Source: Eledone cirrhosa (Eukaryota). From it: DNA of 29,288 bases. Shown here one piece after another: positions 1 to 13,300 of this stretch; the stretch's first letter is position 1, and every line of letters starts with the position of its first letter. The stretch lies in NCBI GenBank assembly GCA_964016885.1, contig CAXHJY010000445.1, positions 1 through 29,288 of the forward strand, in the 5' to 3' direction. A program made the translations under genes and the position numbers. The notes beneath the pieces were generated by a model. That model did not search any database and was not told the origin of the DNA. It saw only the letters and a list, made by a program, of their open reading frames with translations.

Positions 1-51
1 ACATACATATATATACATACATACATATATATACATACATAATATATATAC

Positions 52-91
<40 letters not shown>

Positions 92-104
92 ACATACATA
101 TATA

Positions 105-159
<55 letters not shown>

Positions 160-469
160 ACATACATATATATATATATATACATATATATACATACATA
201 TATATATATATACATACATATATATATACATACATACATATATACATATATAGATACATATATACATACATACATATATACATACATACATATATACATA
301 CATACATATATACATACATATATATATACATATATATATACATATATATATACATATATATATACATACATATATACATATATATATACATATATATATA
401 CATACATATATACATACATATATACATATATATATACATACATATATACATACATATATACATACATAT

Positions 470-518
<49 letters not shown>

Positions 519-521
519 TAT

Positions 522-610
<89 letters not shown>

Positions 611-635
611 CATATATACATACATACATATATAT

Positions 636-674
<39 letters not shown>

Positions 675-729
675 CATACATATATATATATATACATACA
701 TATATACATACATATATATATATACATAC

Positions 730-778
<49 letters not shown>

Positions 779-829
779 CATATATATATACATACATATA
801 TACATATACATATATATATATATACATAC

Positions 830-860
<31 letters not shown>

Positions 861-2329
861 CATATACATATATATACATACATATACATACATATATATA
901 TACATACATATACATACATATATATATACATATATATATACATATATATATACATATATATATACATATATATATACATATATATATATATACATACATA
1001 TATATATACACATATATATATATATACATACATATATACATATACATACATATATACATATACATATATATATACATATACATATATATATACATATACA
1101 CATATACATACACATATACATATATATATACATATATATACATATATATACATATATATACATATATATATATACACATATACATACACATATACATATA
1201 TATACATATATATACATATATATATACATATATATATACATATATATATACATATATATATACATATATATACATATATATACATATATATACATATATA
1301 TATACATATATATATACATATATATACACATATATATACATATATATACATATATATATACATATATATATACATATATATACATATATATACATATATA
1401 TATACATATATATATACATATATATATACATATATACATACATATATATACATATATATATACATATATATATACATATATATATACATATATATATACA
1501 TATATATATACATATATATATACATATATATATACATACATATATATATATATACATACATACATATATATATATATACATACATATATACACATACATA
1601 TATATATACACATACATATATATATACACATACATATATATATACATACATATATATATACACATACATATATATACACATACATATATATACACATACA
1701 TATATATATACATACATATATATATACACATACATATATATATACATACATATATATATACATACATATATATATACATACATATATATATACATACATA
1801 TATATATACATACATATATATATACATACATATATATATACATACATATATATATACATACATATATATATACATACATACATATATACATACATATATA
1901 TATACATACATATATATATACACATACATATATATACACATACATATATATATACATACATATATATATACATACATATATATATACATACATATATATA
2001 TACATACATATATATACACATACATATATATACACATACATATATATATACATACATATATATATACATACATATATATATACATACATATATATATACA
2101 TACATATATATATACATACATATATATATACACATACATATATATACACATACATATATATATACACATACATATATATACACATACATATATATATACA
2201 CATACATATATATATACACATACATATATATACACATACATATATATATACATACATATATATATACATACATATATATATACATACATATATATATACA
2301 TACATATATATATACATACATATATATAT
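1..2329. repeat. Compound (TA)n/(TACA)n microsatellite array, C on + strand
   Basis: Almost purely TA/CA dinucleotides, with local 14-bp higher-order periodicity (TATATATACATACA) in the right half. Confidence 0.98.
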
Positions 2330-2937
2330 GGTGGCTGCCAACTCGTTTTCGAGTACGGCCACTACTTTATATCCATGTAGGAGAACCCCTACCGATACGC
2401 TGAACGAGTGTGACTTTTTAGTCTAACCAGCGACTTCAAAACTCTGGTACAGACACTACACTTGTGACAATTATTGACACATAGTGCTGGGCCCATGGTA
2501 CCATGTGACGACAAATGCAGAGAGATCTCCAGATATAAAGCAATGCCTGTGCCGTGAAGCTTTTATAGTGAGCAAAGGCACTGCACAAAGCCAGTCCCAC
2601 TCTCTTAACCAAGATGATATTTACCAAAAAGAAGAACAAGTCAACATCATTGGATATCATCAGGGTTGCAGGTGTTATATCAGAGTTTTCCTTCTCCTAG
2701 AATTCTACCTTGACTAAGGCTAAGGGGTCATCTCTCCCGGTGATTTTGGATGGCCATTGACTCTTAAGAGCTCCTTTGACCTTTGACAGGTTTTGTTTTT
2801 AGTCCTGCAGGATGTCCAAAGTCACCCTCCTCACCAAGAAACCTTGGTGGGGTTGCCAGTTTAGTCGCCAACGACCCGACCATGAGACAGGTTGTACTGG
2901 GATACATGTTACCAGTAGCACCAACTGGTGACCTGAC
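2330..2937 (-). mobile_element. 608-bp non-autonomous RTE-derived bipartite element (SINE-like), copy A
   Basis: Colinear with 20280-20887 (about 14 substitutions by eye, no indels). The minus-strand 3' end TGGCCGTACTCGAAAACGAGTTGGCAGCCACC resembles the RTE terminus at 14199-14232. It carries a decayed C2H2-finger coding remnant at 2389-2466. Microsatellite lies on both sides. Confidence 0.85.
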
Positions 2938-3318
2938 ACACATACATATATATATACATACATATATATATACACATACATATATATATACACATACATA
3001 TATATATACATACATATATATATACATATATATATACATACATATATATATACATACATATATATATACATACATATATATATACATACATATATATATA
3101 CATACATATATACATACATACATATATATATACATAGATATACATACATATATATATACATATATATATACATACATATATATATACATATATATATACA
3201 TACATATATACATATATATATACATACATATATATATACATATATATATACATACATATATATATACATACATATATACATATATATATACATACATATA
3301 TATATACATATATATATA
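2938..3318. repeat. (TA)n/(TACA)n microsatellite
   Basis: Direct reading. Confidence 0.97.
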
Positions 3319-6300
3319 CATCATCATCATCATCATCATCATTTTACGTCCGCTTTTCCCTGCTTGCAAGGGTGGGACGGGTCTTATTCAGCACAGCATC
3401 TCTCCACTCGTCACGGTCCCTCGTCATCTCCACCGTGAGCTTCAATGATCTGAGGTCTGTTCTCACCACCTCCGCCCATGTTTTTCGTGGTCTACCTCTA
3501 CCACGTCTTCCTTCAACTGGCATTTCCTGGCACTTCTTCACCCATCGGTCATCCTCCATGCGCATCACATGTCCATACCACCTCAGTCTCCTCTCCCGTA
3601 CACTACATTCTATCCCTCTCAGACACAGTTTCTCTCTCAACACATTTATGCTGGGTCGTTCACGCACATTTACACTGCACATCCAACGGAGCATGCTTGC
3701 CTCATTTCTCTCCAGCCGTCGCATATCTTCTGCGGTAGCTGCCCATGTCTCACTACCATGCAGCATCGCGCTCCTCACACAGGCATCATACAACCGGCCT
3801 TTCGTACGCAGGGAGAAACCCTTCTTCGTCAACAGAGGAAGCAGCTCCCTAAACTTCTTCCAACCCGTCCTTATTCTAGATACTATGGCCTCGGAACACC
3901 CTCCTCCCATGCTAATCTGATCTCCTAGGTACCGGAAGCTATCCACCACTTCTATAGCGCCCTCTCGCATTTGAAAAATGTGTCTATCAGTGCGACTTCT
4001 ACTGTCTAATTTCCCTGTACATCTACTGCATACATATTTCTCCCTACCTGTTAGTTTGCCTGCTATCCCGCTACATCTCTTGTGTACCCAGGACCTACAT
4101 TGTGTGCATTTTATAGAATTTATGCCAGTTCCTTTTCTGCATATCGAACATGGCCATTTCCCTGACGGAATCAGGGTTTTGTCCTCTTTTCTACTCATCA
4201 ACACTTTTGTCTTAGCTAGATTTACTCTCAGTCCTCTTGCTTCCAACTGCTGTTTCCATAGCCGGAATTTATTCTCTAGCTCCTCTACTGATTCTGCCAT
4301 AAGAGCCAGATCGTCAGCATAGAGAAGTTCCCATGGACAGCCAGTCTTAAACTCCTCTGTTATGGCTTGGAGGACTATAATGAACAAGAGCGGGCTGAGG
4401 ACCGAACCCTGATGTACTCCTACTTGTATCTGGAATTCCTCACTAAACTCCATTCCTACCCTGACTTTACTGAGAGTACCTCTGTACAAAGTTTGCACTG
4501 TCCTTACAAGCCATTCCTCAACACCCAGCTTCCTTAGGGACCACCAGATGACAGATCGGGGTACCCTATCAAAGGCCTTCTCTAGGTCAACAAAGGCTAA
4601 GTATAGTGGCTTATTCTTCTCTAAGAACCTCTCTTGCATTTGTCTCACCAAGAAGAGGGCATCTGTTGTACTCTTCCCAGGCACAAAACCAAACTGCATC
4701 TCATCTAGTTTGACCCTTTCTCTAATTAGTTGTGCTAGAATCCTTTCTGCCACTTTCATAACCTGATCTATCAGTTTTATACCCCTATAATTGCTCCTCT
4801 CCAAAGCATCCCCTTTACCTTTGTAGCAATTTATGAGAATACTGCTGCACCAGTCTTTGGGTATGACACCACCATATATAGCCTGATTGATTATGCGTGC
4901 AACCAGTTTAGTGCCTACGTCCCCTGATGCCTTCAGCATCTCAGCAACTATTCCCGATGGTCCGGCCGCCTTACCATTTTTCATTTCCCTAATCGCCTCT
5001 TGGACCCTATATTCGTCAATCTCAATAGCTGGTCCCTCTGTCGGATCTACCAAGGGTAATTTCTCTCTCTCCCATTCGTTCTCCACATTCATCAGTCTCT
5101 CATAATGACATTTCCAGGCCTCCTTTTTCTGGTCATTCGTGACACTAAGTACACCGGCATCATCCCGGACACATTTATCACCAACAACATCCTGATTTGC
5201 ATTGACACACTGCCTTGCAATGTGGAACACCGCACGCCTCTGATCTTCCCGTCGCAGAACATTGGCAAACCTCCTACTCTCTGCCTCCCTGCGTGCTAAG
5301 TACACCTGACGTCTAGCTTCTCTCTTAGTGGCTGTATATTCTTCCCTACTCCCACCCTTATTCCAAGCCTTCCATGCTAGTCTTTTGTCTCTAATAGCCT
5401 TATCTACACTGCTGTTCCACCACCAGGTCACTCTCTGTCTGGTTGGAGCTCTGCTCCAGCCACAGGTTTCATCAGTAGCCTTCAGCAAGTTGTCACGTAA
5501 GAACTTCCAGTTATTATCTATGTCATACGTCTCTAAATCGTCTTCTTTTTCATCATATACATCTTGAAGGGCTTTCCTAAATTTGAATTTTAGTGAAAGG
5601 TCTTTTAGCTTCCAGACCTTTCTTCTCCACACCTTCCTATATGTCTCATTCCATCTCTTGCTTACTGAGATATCACTAACAACTAACCTATGCTGTGGGG
5701 TACATTCTTCCCCAGGGTATGCCTTGGTATTAGACACTATCTGCCTGTCCCGCTGCCTAACTAGCAGGAAGTCAATCTGGCTTATGTGCTCACCAGATTT
5801 GTAGGTTATTAGGTGATTGGCAGGTTTCTGGAAGTTTGTGTTGCAAATAGTCAATGTACTTGCATCACAAAATTCAAGAAGTCTCACTCCTTCTTCATTT
5901 CTTGAACCGTAACCGTGCCCACCATGTACCCCAGTGTAACCATCCTGGAGCTGTCCAACATGACCATTGAAGTCTCCTGCTAGCATAACGATGTCTCCGT
6001 CCTCTGTCATTGTGGTTGTTTGCAAAAGTTGCTCATAAAAGCAGTCTTTCTCATCTTTGCCTAGGCCTGCTTGGGGAGCATAGACCGAGATGATTGTCAG
6101 TAGTCTCCTACCTACAACTAATCTAAGCTTAATTATTCGATTACTAACTCGAACTACCTCTATTGTCTTATTGATCCATTTCTCAGCCAGGAAAATGCCT
6201 ACTCCCCCTAACCCATCATCCTTACCTACCCAGAATAGCTTATAGCTAAGACGCTTGCCTACGACTAGTCTCGCAGAGGCACCCCTCCATCTCACCTCTT

Positions 6301-6599
6301 GCACGCAGCACACATCCACCTGCCTTCTCTCCAGCATCTCCGCTATTTCAGCAGACCTACCTCTGAGAGTGCCAACATTAAGTGTTGCAACTCTGAGATG
6401 CGACGTCTTCATATTTTTCTATGCTGTTTTGTTGCTGTGCTGATAAGCTTTTTGGCATTGATACACTGGTTGGATGCCCTTCCTAACACCAGCGCCACTT
6501 TACAGCATGGACTGGGTGCTTTTATTTGTGCCACCAGCACTAGAGAGGATGTCTTACTAGACTCAAGGGCCCTCTCTACCCCTCCATTTTACAGCATGG
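3319..6599 (-). mobile_element. Near-full-length RTE-clade non-LTR retrotransposon with (GAT)n tail
   Basis: Single APE-RT ORF. The stop codon is followed almost immediately by (GAT)8 at 3319-3342. About 190 bp of 5' UTR shares a motif with 22772-22890. The 5' boundary is approximate and no target-site duplication was seen. Confidence 0.9.
3344..6412 (-). CDS. RTE ORF: APE-like endonuclease plus reverse transcriptase with internal PHD-type (C4HC3) finger, 1022 aa, intact
   Basis: Endonuclease motifs TLNV, QEVRW, YAP, GDFNGH, IDFLL, QHRLV. RT motifs [37 protein letters not shown]-type C-terminus RLRWYGHV...[10 protein letters not shown]. Confidence 0.95.
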   Translation of the reverse strand: MKTSHLRVATLNVGTLRGRSAEIAEMLERRQVDVCCVQEVRWRGASARLVVGKRLSYKLFWVGKDDGLGGVGIFLAEKWINKTIEVVRVSNRIIKLRLVVGRRLLTIISVYAPQAGLGKDEKDCFYEQLLQTTTMTEDGDIVMLAGDFNGHVGQLQDGYTGVHGGHGYGSRNEEGVRLLEFCDASTLTICNTNFQKPANHLITYKSGEHISQIDFLLVRQRDRQIVSNTKAYPGEECTPQHRLVVSDISVSKRWNETYRKVWRRKVWKLKDLSLKFKFRKALQDVYDEKEDDLETYDIDNNWKFLRDNLLKATDETCGWSRAPTRQRVTWWWNSSVDKAIRDKRLAWKAWNKGGSREEYTATKREARRQVYLARREAESRRFANVLRREDQRRAVFHIARQCVNANQDVVGDKCVRDDAGVLSVTNDQKKEAWKCHYERLMNVENEWEREKLPLVDPTEGPAIEIDEYRVQEAIREMKNGKAAGPSGIVAEMLKASGDVGTKLVARIINQAIYGGVIPKDWCSSILINCYKGKGDALERSNYRGIKLIDQVMKVAERILAQLIRERVKLDEMQFGFVPGKSTTDALFLVRQMQERFLEKNKPLYLAFVDLEKAFDRVPRSVIWWSLRKLGVEEWLVRTVQTLYRGTLSKVRVGMEFSEEFQIQVGVHQGSVLSPLLFIIVLQAITEEFKTGCPWELLYADDLALMAESVEELENKFRLWKQQLEARGLRVNLAKTKVLMSRKEDKTLIPSGKWPCSICRKGTGINSIKCTQCRSWVHKRCSGIAGKLTGREKYVCSRCTGKLDSRSRTDRHIFQMREGAIEVVDSFRYLGDQISMGGGCSEAIVSRIRTGWKKFRELLPLLTKKGFSLRTKGRLYDACVRSAMLHGSETWAATAEDMRRLERNEASMLRWMCSVNVRERPSINVLREKLCLRGIECSVRERRLRWYGHVMRMEDDRWVKKCQEMPVEGRRGRGRPRKTWAEVVRTDLRSLKLTVEMTRDRDEWRDAVLNKTRPTLASREKRT

Positions 6600-6765
6600 T
6601 CATTAAAAAAAAAAAAAAAAAAGGGAAACTTATTGACACGACTCACACACTAATACTCATGCATACAAACCACAACCACACATACCAACACTCATTCATG
6701 CATACAATCACGCACACCACTCACAAACATATATATATATACATATATTACCGACAGTACTGATA

Positions 6766-6817
6766 CAAAATCAAAATCAAAGTCAAAATCAAAATCAAAA
6801 TCAAAATCGTCAAAATC
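6766..6817. repeat. (CAAAAT)n hexamer tandem repeat, about 8 copies
   Basis: caaaatcaaaatcaaagtcaaaatcaaaatcaaaatcaaaatcgtcaaaatc. Confidence 0.85.
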
Positions 6818-6865
6818 ACTATCATGTCAACTGTTGACCTTTCCCAGTCCAGTTCGGCTTGTATA

Positions 6866-7205
6866 TAATAACAATAACAATAATAATTGTTTGTTTACGC
6901 TGGTAATGGCGGTGGTGGATGGTGTCAGTGTGGTGGTGGTGGATGGTATCAGCGTGGTGGTGGTGGATGGTCAGTGATGGTGGTGGCAGTTGTTGGTGCT
7001 GTAGTTGTTATTGTAGTTGTTACTGTTGTTGTTGTCCTTCATTTCACTGCTGCTGTTGCTGCAGACAATGGTGTTGATGCTGTTATTGCTGTCGCATATA
7101 TACAAATACATACACACACATTCAACACAGACGATGGTGTTGTTGCTGTTGTTGTTGTTGTTGTTGGTGTTGCTGCTGTTGTTGTTGTAGTTGTTGCTGT
7201 GTTGA
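6866..7205. repeat. Low-complexity trinucleotide tract (AAT/GGT/GTT/GCT)
   Basis: Degenerate triplet repeats, including a 24-bp unit (tggtggtggtggatggtRtcagYg) present 2-3 times. Confidence 0.85.
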
Positions 7206-7764
7206 AATCTGGTCGCATCCACTGAGATATACATATACACACACATACACATATGTATATACACATACATACATCAAAAGAGAGTCAGCAGTATGTCAAC
7301 AGGGGACAGGACAGCGACCTTAGAGTAATGTGGTGATGGTGGAGAGCGAGTGTAGGCGTTATTGTTAGTGTGGTGACGGGGGGGGGGTCAGTGAGATGTT
7401 ACAAGTTCATAGATCACTTCTCTCTTTTCCTCTCTCTTCAAAATTTTGAATTGATGGCCTTTTGCAATGGCGGACAAGTATATATAATATATATATATGA
7501 AGCAAAGAAAAGAAAATACATATATATACATACATATATATATACATATATATATTGTTATATTTGGGGAGGGTCATATTTGCGTAATATTGCCAGAATT
7601 AATAACAGAACACACTCACTGTTTGGTTGGTTTTCGCTTCTCGCTGTCTTTTATATATATATATCTGCGATCTAGCTTACTCGGTCCTCAATGTTGCCAT
7701 TGACTGACCGGCGGTCAAAAATAATACAGATACAATATAGACAAACACATATATATATAGTTTA

Positions 7765-7802
7765 CATAAATCTTTCGTTGCACATCTGCAACATCGTCAG
7801 TG
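7765..7802 (-). ncRNA. Hammerhead-like motif (mirror copy of 13831-13868)
   Basis: CTGACGA-T-GTTGCA(GATG)TGCAAC-GAAA on the minus strand. Stem I is weak. Confidence 0.55.
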
Positions 7803-8081
7803 GTGTTATATTCATTGTTCCTCCTGTTGTGTTGTATGTCTACGCCATTTTTTTTTTTTGTTCAGTCTGTCTATATATTTATTTATTTATTTGCTTGTTT
7901 GTTTATCTTATTTTATTTTGTCTTCTTTGCGCATGCGTTTGCGTGTGTGTATAGTGTTATGTGTGATGTGTGATGTGTGACTAGTGTGTATAGTGTTGTC
8001 TGCTGGGTGACTAGTGTGTGTTTATGTGCTTGTGTATGTATTTATTTATCTTATTTTATTTAATTTAATTTACTTATTTAT

Positions 8082-10277
8082 TTATACTTCTCTTAGGTCA
8101 GTGTTGTTTGTTTGGGTGTTGTTGTTGTTCCACTCATTCTTTCTGTTTAGCTTTGGTCTTCTAATTTCTATTTCACTGGCCTCTCTGATTTGCCTATCTG
8201 CTGGGTCATTCCTATGTTTAGATATTATTCTAATTTCTATGTTGTCTATGTTACCGTCATGATGTTGTCTAGCATGTTCGTATAGTACTGACCCGTTTTT
8301 TCGTCCTTTTAGTTCCCCCCAGTGTTGGTCTATCCTTTCACCTATGCTACGAGCTGTCTCACCTATGTATGTTGTTGTCGTGTTTCTGCAAGTACCCTCT
8401 GTACATCTTATGCTATAGACTACGTTTCTAGTTTTACAGTTTATCCGGGGGTTCACCTTACATATGATACATTTCCTATTGGTACAGTGGGTTTTCTTAA
8501 AAGGGTAGGTTTTGCTGATCAGGGATTTTATGGTGGTTCCTGGCTTTTCTACCACCTTTATTTTTAAGTGGGTCTTTCTCAGGGCCTTTCTACACTGGTT
8601 AGCTAATTTCCCTCCAGGGGTGGCGTCCACAAACATGACACTCTGATATCTCTGGTTGTCGTACCATGATGTGGCCTTCCCTATCTTATGTCTAGCCCTA
8701 TCTAAGCTATTCCATGATTTGCTCCTGTATAGTGGGCAAATTCCTTTCATGTCCAGTTCTATGAGGGTCTTATACTTTTCCATGGCTCCTTCGTATACTC
8801 TGACTCTGTCTCTTTGGTTGTAGCCAGAGAACTGCATGCGGTTGATGAAGTGTTGGATGTGTCCTTCCATTTCTGTTGGGTCGCACATGCTGGACACATT
8901 CTTCATCACTCGTACCAAATCTGCGATCAGAATATTAAACTTAGCACTACTGGACATTGCTGAGTTTTTGAGTATCAGGTATTTGGAGGCCATGGGTTTA
9001 GCATAGTGTGAGTGGAGAATTTGGGCTCTCTCGTCTATAGTGTTAATCCAGAGTTCTGTGTCTAATACAGGTAGTCTATTGTTAGGGTGTTTGGAAGGGA
9101 AGTCTATAGTTACAGTTATACTCTGGTGTATGGAATTAGCTATCTGCTGGATGCTTTCCATCGTGCTACGTTCTAAATCAAACTTGTTAGTGCTCTCTAG
9201 TGGGGGTGTTCTTATAACTATATTGATATCGTCTACATAACGAGAGTACATGATGAGGTCTATGGAGCTTTCATTAAGGAGATCTTTAAGTCTCCTTTCC
9301 CACCATACCATGAAAAGGTTGGCAACATCGCCAGCTATGCTGACGCCGATGGCTGCTCCCTCATTTTGGGTGTAGATTTTCTCATTGAACTTAAATATGT
9401 GGCCCTTTAGGGTAGTTTTGATACTAGCCCCTATTGCATGTGCGACCATTTTTCTTACCTGATCAGTGTTTTGGGGGGTCCGTATAGCTTTGGTCCACCC
9501 AATCCACCTTCCTATGGGAGTCTTTTTAGCCATTGAGGTTATGGTGGGGGGTCTACCTCTTATAGGTCTACTAGGGCAGAAACATCTAAGGTCATGGCTG
9601 TCTAGGTAGTCAGTGTCGTAGGTAAGTCTAAGTAGGAGGCCCAGTTCGTCTGTGTCGACGTCGCAGAACTCCACCTCACTCTCAATGATCATCTCCACAC
9701 ATCTTTTCACAGCAAAATCAATGTTAATGGATGGGTACAGTGACACCACATCCATGCTGCCTATTATGCAGTTGGATAGGCTCCTGTTTTTGTTGCACTC
9801 ACTGATTCTGCTGAGGAGGTCCTCTGTACTTTCACATACATCTGGGGACATCTTGATTATGGGGCGTATAACCATTGAGAGGAAGTAGGAGATCCTGTAG
9901 TTGCTAGCTATATTAGCTCCGCATACAGGTCTTGTTGGTGGTCCTATTGTCGGGTCGTCGACTGTCTTGTGGTCTTTGCGGAGCCCATACAAGGGTGGTA
10001 TGCCATTGTTAGACGCCTGGAAGTTGTTGGCAGTGCGTCTGCTTGGCTTTAGGATGTCAGTCCACATCATCATGTGAGCGTTGAGGATTTTTTCTCTCCC
10101 ATCGTGTGTTAGTTGTGCAACTTCGCTCGTGTTGGTGATGTGGGGTTGCATTGCCTCGATGTAGTTCGGCATGCTATCTATTGACATCCTACCAGACTTA
10201 TCTGTGGGTAGACACACTACCTCACCATCCCTTGTGCGCTGCTTGAGGCTAACCAAGCCTTCTACAGGTTTTATCCC
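8082..10277 (-). pseudogene. 5'-truncated PLE RT plus GIY-YIG reading frame without a native start
   Basis: Identical to the C-terminal ~730 aa of 10313-13552. The frame is closed by TGA three codons beyond the inversion junction, and the track start is an internal TTG (Leu). Confidence 0.85.
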
Positions 10278-10312
10278 GAAATCTCATCACAGCAAACGAG
10301 AGAGATGACTTC

Positions 10313-13300
10313 ATGAGCGTCATCCGACGCGAAACGAAATATGCTCAAAACGAATGCTGTAGGCATTTCAAGAAGAAATTAGAATGGATGAATAAGAAAA
10401 AACTACAAGAAAGGAAAATCGAATATTCTCAAAAATACCCAGATAACATCGACAACATCCGTATGAGTGATGTAAAACTACCGGAAGAATTTACCAATGA
10501 CCACACAGTAAATATCTATGGGAACACTTTAATCAGTGAACAAGAACAACAAATCCTAAAGTTACCACCAAAATTTGCCATCTACAAAAAGATTAATCCT
10601 ATGGAATGCAAAACGGAGCTGGAAAAGTGTTTCACAAAAATACGTTGGAATGCAAAGGTAAACAACAACAACAACAATAATAACGGTAGTAGTAATATAA
10701 ACAATAACTCTGGGTATAGAAATAACAGCCATAACCATAACAATGGCAGGAAAGTGAGAAATAGTGATAATGGTAATAATACTAGCGATAGACAGAACAA
10801 CAACAACCACAATAATAATAATAATAGAAACGTTAACCACAGACACAGCAACAGTGACCACAGTAGTAATAACGGTAACAATACGAACAACAACAACAAC
10901 AATAACCACAGTGGTAATAATGGAAATAGTACATGTAGCAACATCAACAAAAACAAGAAACATAATAATAGTAACAACCACAATGGTAGAAATAGCAGTA
11001 ACAACAACAATAACGGTGAAGTAAACAACAATACATCTAGCAATCATAACAATAATAATATTAATGCTAAGGATAGAAACAACAACAACCACCATGATAA
11101 CAATAATAGCAACACACACAACTATGACGATAGAAATAACGACAACCCCTTAGAGAAACTATTTTTCAACCCAGCTGACAAAACATATAAGATGGGTAAT
11201 ATCTATCCTACGAGGTTACCCTTTAATAAAAGAGTTTGCATACCACAACAAATAGATGACGAGACGGAGGCACAGTTCACCATAGCTAGAAATAAGATTA
11301 GACAAGTAGTAGACAGGTACACTATGAGACAGAGCAGACCAGAGGCCCAACAACTTGGGATAAAACCTGTAGAAGGCTTGGTTAGCCTCAAGCAGCGCAC
11401 AAGGGATGGTGAGGTAGTGTGTCTACCCACAGATAAGTCTGGTAGGATGTCAATAGATAGCATGCCGAACTACATCGAGGCAATGCAACCCCACATCACC
11501 AACACGAGCGAAGTTGCACAACTAACACACGATGGGAGAGAAAAAATCCTCAACGCTCACATGATGATGTGGACTGACATCCTAAAGCCAAGCAGACGCA
11601 CTGCCAACAACTTCCAGGCGTCTAACAATGGCATACCACCCTTGTATGGGCTCCGCAAAGACCACAAGACAGTCGACGACCCGACAATAGGACCACCAAC
11701 AAGACCTGTATGCGGAGCTAATATAGCTAGCAACTACAGGATCTCCTACTTCCTCTCAATGGTTATACGCCCCATAATCAAGATGTCCCCAGATGTATGT
11801 GAAAGTACAGAGGACCTCCTCAGCAGAATCAGTGAGTGCAACAAAAACAGGAGCCTATCCAACTGCATAATAGGCAGCATGGATGTGGTGTCACTGTACC
11901 CATCCATTAACATTGATTTTGCTGTGAAAAGATGTGTGGAGATGATCATTGAGAGTGAGGTGGAGTTCTGCGACGTCGACACAGACGAACTGGGCCTCCT
12001 ACTTAGACTTACCTACGACACTGACTACCTAGACAGCCATGACCTTAGATGTTTCTGCCCTAGTAGACCTATAAGAGGTAGACCCCCCACCATAACCTCA
12101 ATGGCTAAAAAGACTCCCATAGGAAGGTGGATTGGGTGGACCAAAGCTATACGGACCCCCCAAAACACTGATCAGGTAAGAAAAATGGTCGCACATGCAA
12201 TAGGGGCTAGTATCAAAACTACCCTAAAGGGCCACATATTTAAGTTCAATGAGAAAATCTACACCCAAAATGAGGGAGCAGCCATCGGCGTCAGCATAGC
12301 TGGCGATGTTGCCAACCTTTTCATGGTATGGTGGGAAAGGAGACTTAAAGATCTCCTTAATGAAAGCTCCATAGACCTCATCATGTACTCTCGTTATGTA
12401 GACGATATCAATATAGTTATAAGAACACCCCCACTAGAGAGCACTAACAAGTTTGATTTAGAACGTAGCACGATGGAAAGCATCCAGCAGATAGCTAATT
12501 CCATACACCAGAGTATAACTGTAACTATAGACTTCCCTTCCAAACACCCTAACAATAGACTACCTGTATTAGACACAGAACTCTGGATTAACACTATAGA
12601 CGAGAGAGCCCAAATTCTCCACTCACACTATGCTAAACCCATGGCCTCCAAATACCTGATACTCAAAAACTCAGCAATGTCCAGTAGTGCTAAGTTTAAT
12701 ATTCTGATCGCAGATTTGGTACGAGTGATGAAGAATGTGTCCAGCATGTGCGACCCAACAGAAATGGAAGGACACATCCAACACTTCATCAACCGCATGC
12801 AGTTCTCTGGCTACAACCAAAGAGACAGAGTCAGAGTATACGAAGGAGCCATGGAAAAGTATAAGACCCTCATAGAACTGGACATGAAAGGAATTTGCCC
12901 ACTATACAGGAGCAAATCATGGAATAGCTTAGATAGGGCTAGACATAAGATAGGGAAGGCCACATCATGGTACGACAACCAGAGATATCAGAGTGTCATG
13001 TTTGTGGACGCCACCCCTGGAGGGAAATTAGCTAACCAGTGTAGAAAGGCCCTGAGAAAGACCCACTTAAAAATAAAGGTGGTAGAAAAGCCAGGAACCA
13101 CCATAAAATCCCTGATCAGCAAAACCTACCCTTTTAAGAAAACCCACTGTACCAATAGGAAATGTATCATATGTAAGGTGAACCCCCGGATAAACTGTAA
13201 AACTAGAAACGTAGTCTATAGCATAAGATGTACAGAGGGTACTTGCAGAAACACGACAACAACATACATAGGTGAGACAGCTCGTAGCATAGGTGAAAGG

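Larger units (their letters stand above)
7552..10277 (-). mobile_element. Penelope-like element, inverted 5'-truncated copy (left arm of palindrome)
   Basis: Reverse complement of 11357-14081. The translated RT-EN is identical, and the only difference seen is a 1-nt length change in the T/A homopolymer near 7847-7859. Confidence 0.95.

Noticed and set aside
2436-2717. 74-80 aa ORFs in both 608-bp copies
   Set aside because: No recognisable motif and the stops differ between copies. The meaningful frame is the third one, which encodes the zinc finger.
2330-2937. tRNA-derived SINE head
   Set aside because: No convincing Pol III A/B boxes or cloverleaf were seen at either end.
5685-5700. APE 'SDH' motif appears as PQH, possibly inactivating
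   Set aside because: The catalytic His is retained, and QH variants are, to my knowledge, common in this RTE subgroup.
3372-6443. Plus-strand ORFs overlapping the RTE, and similar antisense ORFs over the other elements
   Set aside because: Antisense shadows of real retroelement ORFs.
6887-7270. Gly/Val-rich or Asn/Thr-rich ORFs
   Set aside because: Products of degenerate trinucleotide repeats.
7417-7480. Polypyrimidine tract suggesting a splice acceptor and small exon
   Set aside because: The tract ends in CAA rather than CAG, and there is no supporting coding signal.
7515-7548. 34-bp match to 14124-14157 as a PLE target-site duplication
   Set aside because: Both are the generic microsatellite, so the match is uninformative.
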